DNA from: Clostridia bacterium
GTDB lineage: Bacteria; Bacillota; Clostridia; Oscillospirales; CAG-272
Direction of reading: 5' to 3'
Assembly: GCA_017547755.1 (NCBI GenBank)
Contig: JAFYOX010000107.1
Location: 22,040-86,039, forward strand
DNA length: 64,000 nt
The position numbers were made by a program, and so were the translations under genes. Position 1 is the stretch's first letter. Every line of letters begins with the position of its first letter. Shown piece by piece: positions 36,144-44,895 of this stretch. Under the pieces are notes generated by a model. It did no database searches and had not been told where the DNA came from. It was given only the letters and a program-made list of their open reading frames with translations.

Positions 36144-36201
36144 TGGGAACCCTTTTTGCAAAAAAAGGGTTCCCAAAACTCTTTTCCGGAAACTTTATGC
36201 C
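36144..36201 (+). repeat. Dispersed palindromic repeat, copy H (variant core + tail)
   Basis: TGGGAACCCTTTTTGCAAAAAAAGGGTTCCCA plus AAACTCTTTTCCGGAAACTTTATGCC. Confidence 0.75.
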
Positions 36202-36254
36202 GGAAAAAACAGAATTAGAAATAAAAATAGTTCACATATATTTACAATCACCTA

Positions 36255-36283
36255 TTGACAAACAAAGATAAATATGGTATGAT
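36255..36283 (+). promoter_or_regulatory. Consensus sigma-70 promoter for the fab operon
   Basis: TTGACA, 17-nt spacer, TATGAT with an extended -10 TG. About 150-nt AT-rich leader follows. Confidence 0.55.
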
Positions 36284-36435
36284 AGTTCCCGGTATGAAAA
36301 GTAAGCGTATATTTACAGTAAACTTGCGGTTCGTACAAAGGGCATCATGCCTTTTCTTTACCGATGAACATTAGATATTAAAATAATAATCTATTATTTA
36401 AGGTATGCATAAGATAACGATAAAAGGAGGACGGA

Positions 36436-37392
36436 ATGAGTTTCAGAATCATCGGAACCGGAAGCGCAGTACCGTCAAAAATTATCACCAACGATGATCT
36501 GTCGGAAATGATGGATACGAACGATGAGTGGATCCGGACACGTGTCGGCGTGGCGGAACGCAGAATTGCCGTCACGGAAAGCACGGCGGATCTCGCGCTG
36601 GAAGCGGCGGAAAAAGCGCTGGAAATGAGCGGAGTATCCGCGGATTCCATCGACCTCATCCTTGTCGCAACGATCACTCCCGACCGGATCTGTCCCACCA
36701 CGGCAGGGACGGTGCAGGCACGTCTCGGTGCCTCGTGTCCCGCGTTCGACATCAGCTCCGCCTGCAGCGGATTCCTGTTTGCGCTGGAAACGGCGGCCGG
36801 ATTCTTCGCACGCGGGACCGTGAAGCGAGCGCTTGTCATCGGTGCGGAACGGATCAGCAGGATCATCGACTGGAACGACCGCAGTACGGCGGTCATCTTC
36901 GGCGACGGCGCGGGTGCGGCGGTGCTGGAGACCGGTGACGGCTGTCTCTGCTCGGAGATCTGTACGATCGGCGGAGATGAAGTCATCCGGATCCCCGCAT
37001 TCGGCGGAACCTCCCCGTTCACGGAGATCGAAAAAGAGGATCCCGTAATTTTCATGGAAGGGCAGGAGACCTTTAAGTTTGCGGTCGGCGCTTTCGTGAA
37101 TCATATCCACAGCATGGCGGAAAAAGCCGGCATTTCCCTCGATGACATCGATCACATCGTTCCCCATCAGGCGAACGAACGGATCATCCGGATGGCGGCG
37201 CGCCGTCTGAGAATGCCGGACGAAAAATTCGTCATGAACATTGACCGCTGCGGCAATACGGCGGCGGCAAGCGTACCGATCGCGCTCGACGAACTCAACC
37301 GCTCGGGAAAAATCAAACCCGGCGATCTCGTCGCAATGACCGCGTTCGGCGGCGGACTTTCCAGCGCAGGCTGTCTGATCCGCTGGGGCTGA
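36436..37392 (+). CDS. fabH: 3-oxoacyl-ACP synthase III
   Basis: 318 aa. SSACSGF active-site Cys context, VPHQAN and GNTAAAS motifs. Confidence 0.95.
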   Translation: MSFRIIGTGSAVPSKIITNDDLSEMMDTNDEWIRTRVGVAERRIAVTESTADLALEAAEKALEMSGVSADSIDLILVATITPDRICPTTAGTVQARLGASCPAFDISSACSGFLFALETAAGFFARGTVKRALVIGAERISRIIDWNDRSTAVIFGDGAGAAVLETGDGCLCSEICTIGGDEVIRIPAFGGTSPFTEIEKEDPVIFMEGQETFKFAVGAFVNHIHSMAEKAGISLDDIDHIVPHQANERIIRMAARRLRMPDEKFVMNIDRCGNTAAASVPIALDELNRSGKIKPGDLVAMTAFGGGLSSAGCLIRWG

Positions 37393-37459
37393 GCCCGGAC
37401 ATTTTCTTTGAAAAACATCAAACATATTTTTTAACTTACATTATCTGGAGGATACTACC

Positions 37460-37681
37460 ATGACGATCGACAAGATCAAGACCATTATCGCAGACCATTC
37501 CGGCGAAGACGAAGCAAATATCACCGCAGAAACCACCTTTGAGGAACTCGGCGTAGATTCTCTCACCACCGTGGAAGTTCTCATGGACATCGAAGACGAA
37601 TTCGGTGTGACCATCGAAGCCGCACAGGTCGGCAAGACCGTCGGCGACCTCGTCCGTGCCATCGAGGAGGCACAGAAGTGA
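37460..37681 (+). CDS. acpP: Acyl carrier protein
   Basis: 73 aa. LGVDSL phosphopantetheine attachment motif. Confidence 0.95.
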   Translation: MTIDKIKTIIADHSGEDEANITAETTFEELGVDSLTTVEVLMDIEDEFGVTIEAAQVGKTVGDLVRAIEEAQK

Positions 37682-38622
37682 TCCGGACATCCCTTTGTGA
37701 TCTCTGCGGGATCCGGTATCCCATTTTTCAGGGCGGCATGGCGCACGTGTCCGACGCACGTCTTGCCGCTGCCGTGACAAATGCGGGCGGACTCGGTATT
37801 ATCTCGGCAATGAGCCGAGACGGTGCCTATGTCCGGGAACAGATCCGTCTGGCGAGAACCCTCACGGCCGGTCCTGTTGGTGTGAACGTCATGCTGATGA
37901 GCCCGTACGTCGGAGAGGTCGCCGCCGTGATCGCCGAAGAAAAAGCGGAAGTGGTCACGACCGGTGCCGGAGATCCGTCCGCGTATGTGAATCTGTGGAA
38001 AACTGCGGGATGCCGTGTCATTCCCGTGGTTCCGTCTGCGGCACTGGCCAAACGCATGGAACGTGCGGGCGCCGATTCCGTGATCGCCGAAGGCGGCGAA
38101 TCCGGCGGACATATCGGCGAACTTGCTACGATGCCCCTTGTTCCGCAGGTCACCGACGCGGTTTCGATCCCCGTTCTCGCCGCCGGCGGGATCGGTGACG
38201 GACGCGGCGTTGCGGCGGCATTCATGCTCGGTGCATCCGGCGTTCAGCTCGGCACACGTTTTCTCGCGGCAGAGGAATGCGGCATCCATCCGCATTACAA
38301 GGAACTTGTGCTGAAAGCATCCGATACGTCCACCATCGTCACCGGACGCCGTCTCGGTCATCCGGTGCGCAGTCTCAAAACGCCGTATTCCCGCAATTAC
38401 GCGAAGCTGGAATACACCGATATTTCCGCAGAAGAGCTGGAAGCCCTCGGTGTCGGTTCTCTTCGTAAAGCGGCGGTGGACGGCGACGAAAAGGAAGGCT
38501 GCTACATCGCCGGTCAGATCGCCGGCATGGTGAACCGCGTGCAGACTGCCGCGGAAATCATTGAGGAAATCATGGCGGAAACCGAACAGGTTCTGAGAAA
38601 CGCCGTGAATTTTCTTGTATAA
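37678..38622 (+). CDS. fabK: Enoyl-ACP reductase II (FMN-dependent, nitronate monooxygenase family)
   Basis: 314 aa. YPIFQGGMAHV. GTG start overlapping the acpP stop, with a GGAGG SD. Confidence 0.9.
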   Translation: MIRTSLCDLCGIRYPIFQGGMAHVSDARLAAAVTNAGGLGIISAMSRDGAYVREQIRLARTLTAGPVGVNVMLMSPYVGEVAAVIAEEKAEVVTTGAGDPSAYVNLWKTAGCRVIPVVPSAALAKRMERAGADSVIAEGGESGGHIGELATMPLVPQVTDAVSIPVLAAGGIGDGRGVAAAFMLGASGVQLGTRFLAAEECGIHPHYKELVLKASDTSTIVTGRRLGHPVRSLKTPYSRNYAKLEYTDISAEELEALGVGSLRKAAVDGDEKEGCYIAGQIAGMVNRVQTAAEIIEEIMAETEQVLRNAVNFLV

Positions 38623-38658
38623 AGTTTTTTGAAAGGGGTTCGGAAAAACCTTTTCCGG
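38617..38658 (-). repeat. Dispersed palindromic repeat, copy I (tail + collapsed core; overlaps the fabK stop)
   Basis: GTATAAAGTTTTTTGAAAGGGGTTC followed by CGGAAAA-ACC-TTTTCCG. The fabK TAA (38620-22) lies inside the tail box. Confidence 0.7.
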
Positions 38659-38679
38659 TTTTTCACGAGATACTTCGTT

Positions 38680-39597
38680 TTGTCCAAAATCGCTTTTGTA
38701 TTCGCGGGACAGGGGGCACAGTATCCCGGAATGGGAGAGAATCTGTGCGAAAATTTCCGTTCCGTAAAAGAATTATACGATGCAGCCGATGCACACCGTC
38801 CGGGAACAAGCGGACAGTCCTTTTTGGGAACAGAGGCTGAACTGAAACAGACCATCAATACCCAGCCGTGCGTTTTCCTTGCGGATCTCGCCGCGGCTCT
38901 TGCCCTGGAGGAATCCGGGATTCACGCCGATCTCTGTGCGGGCTTTTCGCTCGGCGAACTTGCCGCACTTGCCTACAGCGGCGTATTCACACACAGTGAC
39001 GCTTTTGCCGCCGTCTGCGAACGGGCGAAGTGTATGGAAAAAGCGTCAAAGGAAATGGACGGCGAACCTGCCATGGCCGCCGTTATGAAGATCACCGCAG
39101 AAGAAGTCGAAGAACTCTGCCGCGGTCTTGACGGTATTTATCCCGTCAACTACAACTCCCCCGGTCAGACGGCCGTTTCCGGCACGAAAACCGGACTGGA
39201 AGCCTTCTGCGAAAAGGCGAAGGGCGTACGCGTGATGCCGATCCCGGTCAGCGGCGCGTTCCACTCCCCGTATATGGCGCAGGCTTCCGCTGAATTTGAA
39301 AATACGCTTGAAAAGATTACCATACATACCCCTTCCGTTCCCGTATACGCCAACCTTACCGGCGAACCTTATCCCGGAGATGTCGTATCCTGCCTCGCGG
39401 CACAGATGAAGAGTCCCGTGCGCTGGCAGACGTCGATCGAACGCATGATCGCGGATGGTGCGGATATTTTCATCGAATGCGGTCCCGGCAAGACCCTTGC
39501 GGGACTGATCCGGCGCATTGACAAAAACGTAAAGGTGTATTCCGTACAGGATACGGATTCCCTGAACGCCGTCCTTGCGGAACTCAGAGGAGAATAA
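38680..39597 (+). CDS. fabD: Malonyl CoA-ACP transacylase
   Basis: KIAFVFAGQGAQYPGMG and GFSLGE active-site Ser. The start is uncertain: TTG at 38680, or the track's TTG at 38629, which lies inside repeat I. Confidence 0.9.
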   Translation: MSKIAFVFAGQGAQYPGMGENLCENFRSVKELYDAADAHRPGTSGQSFLGTEAELKQTINTQPCVFLADLAAALALEESGIHADLCAGFSLGELAALAYSGVFTHSDAFAAVCERAKCMEKASKEMDGEPAMAAVMKITAEEVEELCRGLDGIYPVNYNSPGQTAVSGTKTGLEAFCEKAKGVRVMPIPVSGAFHSPYMAQASAEFENTLEKITIHTPSVPVYANLTGEPYPGDVVSCLAAQMKSPVRWQTSIERMIADGADIFIECGPGKTLAGLIRRIDKNVKVYSVQDTDSLNAVLAELRGE

Positions 39598-39598
39598 C

Positions 39599-40351
39599 AT
39601 GAACATTTTTCAGACAGACCTGCTTGCCGGACAGACGGCGATCGTCACCGGAGGATCCCGCGGGATCGGTCGTGCCATCGCGCTGTCCCTGGCTTCCGCC
39701 GGTGCGGATATCGCCATTCTCGACCTTTGCTCTCCCGAAATGGCGGCGGATGCCGTGGAAGCTGTCACTGCGCTCGGAAGACGTGCGGTCAGCTATACCT
39801 GCAACGTCGGCGAATCCGATCAGGTAAAGGAAACCGTCGCGCAGATCGTGAAGGATTTCGGACGGATCGATATCCTTGTCAACAATGCGGGCATCACCCG
39901 CGACGGGCTGATCATGCAGCTGACCGACGACAATTTCAATGATGTCATCAACACAAACCTGCGCGGCAGCTTCAACATGATCCGCGCGGTGAGCCGGACG
40001 ATGCTCCGGCAGAAGAGCGGACGCATCTGCAATATTTCGTCCGTTTCCGGTCTGATGGGCATTGCCGGACAGACCAATTATTCCGCATCCAAGGCCGGTG
40101 TGATCGGTCTGACCAAATCCGCCGCGCTGGAGCTTGCCGGACGCGGCATCACCGTGAATGCGGTAGCCCCCGGCTTTGTCGAAACGCCTATGACGAAAGA
40201 CCTCGCGGACAGTCCGCTTCTCGGAAGGATCCCGCTTGGACGCATCGCACAGCCGGAAGAAATTGCGGGAATGGTGACTTTCCTCTGTTCCCCGGCCGCC
40301 GCGTATATTACCGGCGAAGTCATTCGCGTCGACGGCGGAATGGCGATGTAA
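39599..40351 (+). CDS. fabG: 3-oxoacyl-ACP reductase
   Basis: 250 aa. TGGSRGIG, NNAG and YSASK SDR motifs. Start MNIFQ. Confidence 0.95.
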   Translation: MNIFQTDLLAGQTAIVTGGSRGIGRAIALSLASAGADIAILDLCSPEMAADAVEAVTALGRRAVSYTCNVGESDQVKETVAQIVKDFGRIDILVNNAGITRDGLIMQLTDDNFNDVINTNLRGSFNMIRAVSRTMLRQKSGRICNISSVSGLMGIAGQTNYSASKAGVIGLTKSAALELAGRGITVNAVAPGFVETPMTKDLADSPLLGRIPLGRIAQPEEIAGMVTFLCSPAAAYITGEVIRVDGGMAM

Positions 40352-40375
40352 ACGTATTATATCACTGGAGAAACT

Positions 40376-41611
40376 ATGGAACACAGAGTTGTTATCACCG
40401 GGATGGGGATCGTTTCCCCGATCGGTTCCAACATGGAAATTTTCCGTCAGAACCTTCTCAATGGGGTCTGCGGTATCGATTATATTTCAAGAATTGACGT
40501 CAGTGATCTCAAAGTGAAGGTAGCGGCGGAAGTCCGCGACTTCACAGCGACCGATTACATGACGAAGATCGAAGCGAACAAGAACGACCGCTTCACCCAG
40601 TTCGGGATCGGCGCGGCGGCACAGGCTGTGGAAGACAGCGGGATTTCCGGAAAGGTCGATCCGTTCCGGTTCGGCGTGTATTTCGGTTCCGGCATCGGCG
40701 GCTTCAATACCTTTGTATCCGAATACGATGTGATGAAGAACCGCGGTCCGCAGAGAGTTTCGCCGCACTTTGTCCCGAAGATGATCTCGAACATCGCGGC
40801 GGGACAGATCGCGATCAGATTCGGCGCGAAGGGACCGTGCATCAGCGCGTCCACCGCATGTGCGACCGGTACGACCTGCATCGGTGAAGCGTTCCGCGCG
40901 ATCCGTTACGACTATGCCGACGCGATCATCGCGGGCGGTACGGAAGCCTCGATCGAACCCCTCGCCATTGCCGGATTTACCAACTGTATGGCGCTCACCC
41001 AGACCGACGACCCGATGCGCGCGTCCATTCCGTTCGATAAGGATCGCAGCGGATTTGTTATGGGGGAAGGTGCGGGCGCACTGATCCTGGAATCCTACGA
41101 ACACGCGAAAATGCGCGGTGCGAAGATCTACGCGGAAGTGGTCGGTTACGGCAGTACCTGCGACGCGCACCACGTGACCGCCCCTGATCCGGATGGAGAA
41201 GGCGGCGGACGTGCGATCCGTCTGGCTCTGGAAGAAGCGGGATATATCGGCGAAGAAAAAGTCTATATCAACGCACACGGCACCAGCACGCTGATGAACG
41301 ATCCCACGGAAACCAAGGCGATCAAGTACGCGCTCGGCGAAGCGGCGTACCGTGCCAAGGTCAGCTCGACCAAGTCCATGACCGGACATATGCTCGGTGC
41401 GGCAGGTGCTGCGGAAGCGATCGCATCCGTGATCGCGCTGGAAACCGGTATGATCCCGCCGACGATCCATTATCAGAATCCCGATCCGGAATGTGACCTC
41501 GACATCACGCCGAACGAAGCGGTATCGTTTGATCCCGAACTTGCGCTGTCGGTTTCTCTCGGCTTCGGCGGTCACAATGCGTGCATCGCCGTCCGACGGT
41601 ACAGAGGCTGA
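40376..41611 (+). CDS. fabF: 3-oxoacyl-ACP synthase II
   Basis: 411 aa. ACATG active-site Cys, NAHGTST and GHMLGAAG. Confidence 0.95.
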   Translation: MEHRVVITGMGIVSPIGSNMEIFRQNLLNGVCGIDYISRIDVSDLKVKVAAEVRDFTATDYMTKIEANKNDRFTQFGIGAAAQAVEDSGISGKVDPFRFGVYFGSGIGGFNTFVSEYDVMKNRGPQRVSPHFVPKMISNIAAGQIAIRFGAKGPCISASTACATGTTCIGEAFRAIRYDYADAIIAGGTEASIEPLAIAGFTNCMALTQTDDPMRASIPFDKDRSGFVMGEGAGALILESYEHAKMRGAKIYAEVVGYGSTCDAHHVTAPDPDGEGGGRAIRLALEEAGYIGEEKVYINAHGTSTLMNDPTETKAIKYALGEAAYRAKVSSTKSMTGHMLGAAGAAEAIASVIALETGMIPPTIHYQNPDPECDLDITPNEAVSFDPELALSVSLGFGGHNACIAVRRYRG

Positions 41612-41623
41612 GGATCGGACGCC

Positions 41624-42064
41624 ATGAACAAAAACGAACTTATGAATATTCTCCCGCACCGTGACGCGATGCTTCTGGTCGATGAAGCGGAACTGCGTGA
41701 CGGTACGGCGTACGGTAAAATCACGATCCGCGGGGACGAATGGTTCCTGCAGGGACATTTTCCGGGTCGCCCGGTGGTTCCCGGCGTGATCCTCTGTGAA
41801 ATGATGGCGCAGTCCGCGTGCGTCTGCCTGATGGACGAAATGAAAGACGGCATCCTGCCGTTTTTCAGCGGACTCGACAAGGTGAAGTTCCGTATTCCGG
41901 TCACTCCCGGCGACGTTCTGGAGACCGAATGCAGCATCACCCGCGTGATGAAGCCATTCTATTTTGCAAAAGGGATCGGACGTGTGGACGGAAAAGTGGC
42001 TGTGGAAGCGAATTTTTCCTTCGTCCTGACCGAAAACGGAAACGGGGAGGGAAACAATGGCTGA
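41624..42064 (+). CDS. fabZ: 3-hydroxyacyl-ACP dehydratase
   Basis: 146 aa. LPHRDAMLLVD..HFPGRPVVPGVILCEMMAQ. Confidence 0.95.
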   Translation: MNKNELMNILPHRDAMLLVDEAELRDGTAYGKITIRGDEWFLQGHFPGRPVVPGVILCEMMAQSACVCLMDEMKDGILPFFSGLDKVKFRIPVTPGDVLETECSITRVMKPFYFAKGIGRVDGKVAVEANFSFVLTENGNGEGNNG

Positions 42065-42860
42065 AACGATGATCAGGTGTAAAAAATGCGGACAGGAAAC
42101 GGCAGATGCACAGCTTCTGAAAAACGGACGCATCTGTCCCTGCTGCGGCAATTATTTCCGGATGAGTGCCAGAGAACGCATTGCGCTTGTCACCGACCAC
42201 GGGACTTTCCGCGAACATGACGGCGAACTGAAAAGCAGAAATATCCTCCGTTTCCCGGAATACGACGAAAAACTGGAAAAAGCGGTCGAAACGACCGGAG
42301 AAAACGATGCCGTGATCACCGGATACGCGAAGATCGGCGGCGTTCCGACGGCTCTGTTTGCCATGGATTCGAATTTCATGATGGCAAGCATGGGCACGGT
42401 CGTCGGCGAAAAGATCACCCGCCTGTTCGAATACGCGGCGGAAAACCGCCTGCCGGTGGTCGGATTCATCTGCTCCGGCGGCGCAAGAATGCAGGAAGGT
42501 GTGCTGTCCCTCATGCAGATGGCAAAAGTAAGCGCGGCGGTGCGCTGGCACAGCGACGCGGGACTGTTCTATCTTCCCGTGCTGACCGACCCCACGACGG
42601 GCGGCGTTACCGCAAGCTATGCCATGGAAGGGGATATCATCGCCGCCGAACCCGGTGCGCTGATCGGATTTGCCGGACAGCGCGTGATCGAGCAGACGAC
42701 CGGGGAAAAGCTGCCGAAAGGCTTCCAGTCGGCGGAATTCCAGCTGGAACACGGATTTGTGGACCTTCTTCTGGAACGCCGTTCGTCCGGAACCGTGATC
42801 GGACGTCTGCTGACTGCCAATACCGCTGCGGAAAGGAGAGGAATGTATGAACGCGTATGA
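42057..42860 (+). CDS. accD: Acetyl-CoA carboxylase carboxyltransferase beta subunit
   Basis: 267 aa. N-terminal Zn ribbon CKKCG..CPCCG, and GGARMQEG. Confidence 0.9.
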   Translation: MAETMIRCKKCGQETADAQLLKNGRICPCCGNYFRMSARERIALVTDHGTFREHDGELKSRNILRFPEYDEKLEKAVETTGENDAVITGYAKIGGVPTALFAMDSNFMMASMGTVVGEKITRLFEYAAENRLPVVGFICSGGARMQEGVLSLMQMAKVSAAVRWHSDAGLFYLPVLTDPTTGGVTASYAMEGDIIAAEPGALIGFAGQRVIEQTTGEKLPKGFQSAEFQLEHGFVDLLLERRSSGTVIGRLLTANTAAERRGMYERV

Positions 42861-43623
42861 AAAAGTTGCTTTGGCACGTGCCTCCGACCGTCTGATGGGG
42901 AACTGGTACATCGGGCAGATCATTGACGATTTCACCGAACTCCACGGCGACCGGCGTTACAGCGACGACGGCGCGATCGTCGGCGGGATCGGGTTTCTTG
43001 ACGGAATGCCCGTGACCTGCATCACGATGAACCGCGGCGGAAGCATTGAGGATCGCATCAAGCGCAATTTCGGCTGTCCGTCGCCGGAAGGCTACCGGAA
43101 AGCACTCCGCCTGATGAAGCAGGCGGAAAAATTCCGCCGTCCGGTGATCTGCTTTGTCGGAAGTCCCGGTGCGTACTGCGGTATCGGTGCCGAAGAACGC
43201 GGACAGGGACAGGCGATCGCGGAAAATCTCTGGGAGATGTGCGCGCTGAAGACGCCGGTGATCAGTGTGGTCGTCGGTGAAGGCGGCAGCGGCGGTGCGC
43301 TTGCACTGAGCGTGGCGGATAAGATCCTCATGTTCGAAAACGCCGTGTATTCTGTGATCTCTCCGGAAGGCTGTGCGAGCATTCTCTACAAGGATTCCGC
43401 GAAGGCACCCGAAGCGGCGGAAGCTCTCCGTCTGACGGCGGCCGATCTTTACCGCATGAAGGTTGCGGATGCGATCATTCCCGAAACGTACAGAACTTCC
43501 GAGGAAACGGCGCGGATTCTGAAAAAGAGGCTCGTTTCTGAACTGACGGCGCTGAAAAAAGTGTCCGTTCCGAGACTGCTGGCATCCCGTTATGAAAAAT
43601 TCCGTGCCATCGGTGCGATGTAA
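42847..43623 (+). CDS. accA: Acetyl-CoA carboxylase carboxyltransferase alpha subunit
   Basis: 258 aa. FVGSPGAYCGIGAEERGQGQAIA and VVVGEGGSGGALAL. Confidence 0.9.
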   Translation: MNAYEKVALARASDRLMGNWYIGQIIDDFTELHGDRRYSDDGAIVGGIGFLDGMPVTCITMNRGGSIEDRIKRNFGCPSPEGYRKALRLMKQAEKFRRPVICFVGSPGAYCGIGAEERGQGQAIAENLWEMCALKTPVISVVVGEGGSGGALALSVADKILMFENAVYSVISPEGCASILYKDSAKAPEAAEALRLTAADLYRMKVADAIIPETYRTSEETARILKKRLVSELTALKKVSVPRLLASRYEKFRAIGAM

Positions 43624-43636
43624 AACCAGAAGATAA

Positions 43637-43668
43637 ATGACTGTCCGATTTCGGGCGGTCATTTTTTT
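43637..43668 (+). terminator. Rho-independent terminator of the fab/acc operon
   Basis: ATGACTGTCCG-ATTT-CGGGCGGTCAT (with G-U pairs) followed by a 7-T run. Confidence 0.75.
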
Positions 43669-43678
43669 CTGCAAACCC

Positions 43679-43707
43679 TTTACATCGCCGGATGCTTCTG
43701 TTATAAT
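43679..43707 (+). promoter_or_regulatory. Candidate sigma-70 promoter
   Basis: TTTACA, 17-nt spacer, TATAAT. Confidence 0.5.
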
Positions 43708-43747
43708 GAATCTATACAAGAAATTCCGGCGGAAAGGAAGATTTTTT

Positions 43748-44377
43748 ATGATAAAATGGCAGGATTTTGCTCCCTCTTCCACATCGAGAGTGCGGGAAGG
43801 GATCGAATGGAGCATTACCTATTCGTACAACGCCACGCAGAACGGCTGTCCGCGCGTGCTGCTGATCGGCGATTCCATCTGCAACGGCTACAACGGAAAA
43901 GTCCGCGAATTCCTTGACGGTGGCGTCAATGTCTCCTTCTGGGCGTCGTCGAAATGTGTGACCGACCCGGACTATTTCCGTGAACTCGATTTCATGCTGG
44001 ACGCGTATCCGTATGAGGCGGTCTGCTTCAACAACGGTCTGCACAGCCTCACGACCGACCGTGCGGAATGGGATGCGGCTTACCGTGCGGCGGTGGAATT
44101 CATTCAGGCGAAACTGCCGCAGACGAAACTTTCCCTGACCCTCAGTACGCCCTTGAAGGATGCGTCGCTGACCGCGGTTTCCGCGTCGCTGAACGGGACC
44201 GTTCTTGCGCTGGCGGCGGAAAAGGAGCTTCCCGTGATCGATCTGTTCGCCGCAATGGACGGACTCGACAGAGAAGAATACTGGTCGGATACCTATCACT
44301 TCCGTGCTCCCGCGATCGAAATGCAGGCGAAGATAATCTCGGCGCACGTACGGAAGCAGCTCGGAGTAGGAGAATGA
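43748..44377 (+). CDS. SGNH/GDSL hydrolase family protein
   Basis: 209 aa. LLIGDSICNGY block I, FNNGLH block III, and a C-terminal D..H (SDTYHF). Confidence 0.8.
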   Translation: MIKWQDFAPSSTSRVREGIEWSITYSYNATQNGCPRVLLIGDSICNGYNGKVREFLDGGVNVSFWASSKCVTDPDYFRELDFMLDAYPYEAVCFNNGLHSLTTDRAEWDAAYRAAVEFIQAKLPQTKLSLTLSTPLKDASLTAVSASLNGTVLALAAEKELPVIDLFAAMDGLDREEYWSDTYHFRAPAIEMQAKIISAHVRKQLGVGE

Positions 44378-44384
44378 GGACGAT

Positions 44385-44861
44385 ATGACAGAGTTTGAAT
44401 ACCGTTTTGCCGGAGAAAACGACGTCGGCACGATTCTGGAATTCATCCGTCAGCTCGCGGTTTACGAGAAGATGGAGGATCAGGTGGTCGCGACGGAGGA
44501 ACTCCTGCGCGAATGGATTTTTGAAAAGGGAAAGGCGGAAGTCCTGTTTGCCCTCGAAGACGGCAGGGAAGTCGGCTTCGCGCTGTTCTGCAACAATTTC
44601 TCGACGTTCCTCGGACGTGCGGGCATCTGGCTCGAAGACCTGTTCGTTCTGCCGGAATTCCGCGGAAAGGGTTACGGCAAGGGGCTTCTGAAACAGCTGG
44701 CGAAGATCGCCGTGGAACGCGGCTGCGGACGGCTCGAATGGTCGTGTCTCGACTGGAACAAGCCGAGCATCGATTTCTACCGTTCTCTCGGCGCGGTGCC
44801 GATGGACGAATGGACGACATATCGTCTCACCGGGGATACTTTGAAAAAAATGGCGGAGTGA
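44385..44861 (+). CDS. GNAT family N-acetyltransferase
   Basis: 158 aa. LFVLPEFRGKGYGKGLL acetyl-CoA binding motif. Confidence 0.9.
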   Translation: MTEFEYRFAGENDVGTILEFIRQLAVYEKMEDQVVATEELLREWIFEKGKAEVLFALEDGREVGFALFCNNFSTFLGRAGIWLEDLFVLPEFRGKGYGKGLLKQLAKIAVERGCGRLEWSCLDWNKPSIDFYRSLGAVPMDEWTTYRLTGDTLKKMAE

Positions 44862-44895
44862 ATCCGTGAAATTATACAAAAACAAGGAGTAAATT

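Noticed and set aside
40487-42151. 554-aa minus-strand ORF across fabF/fabZ/accD
   Set aside because: Antisense to three unmistakable FAS genes and crosses their boundaries. The sequence is low-complexity and Arg/Gly/His-rich.
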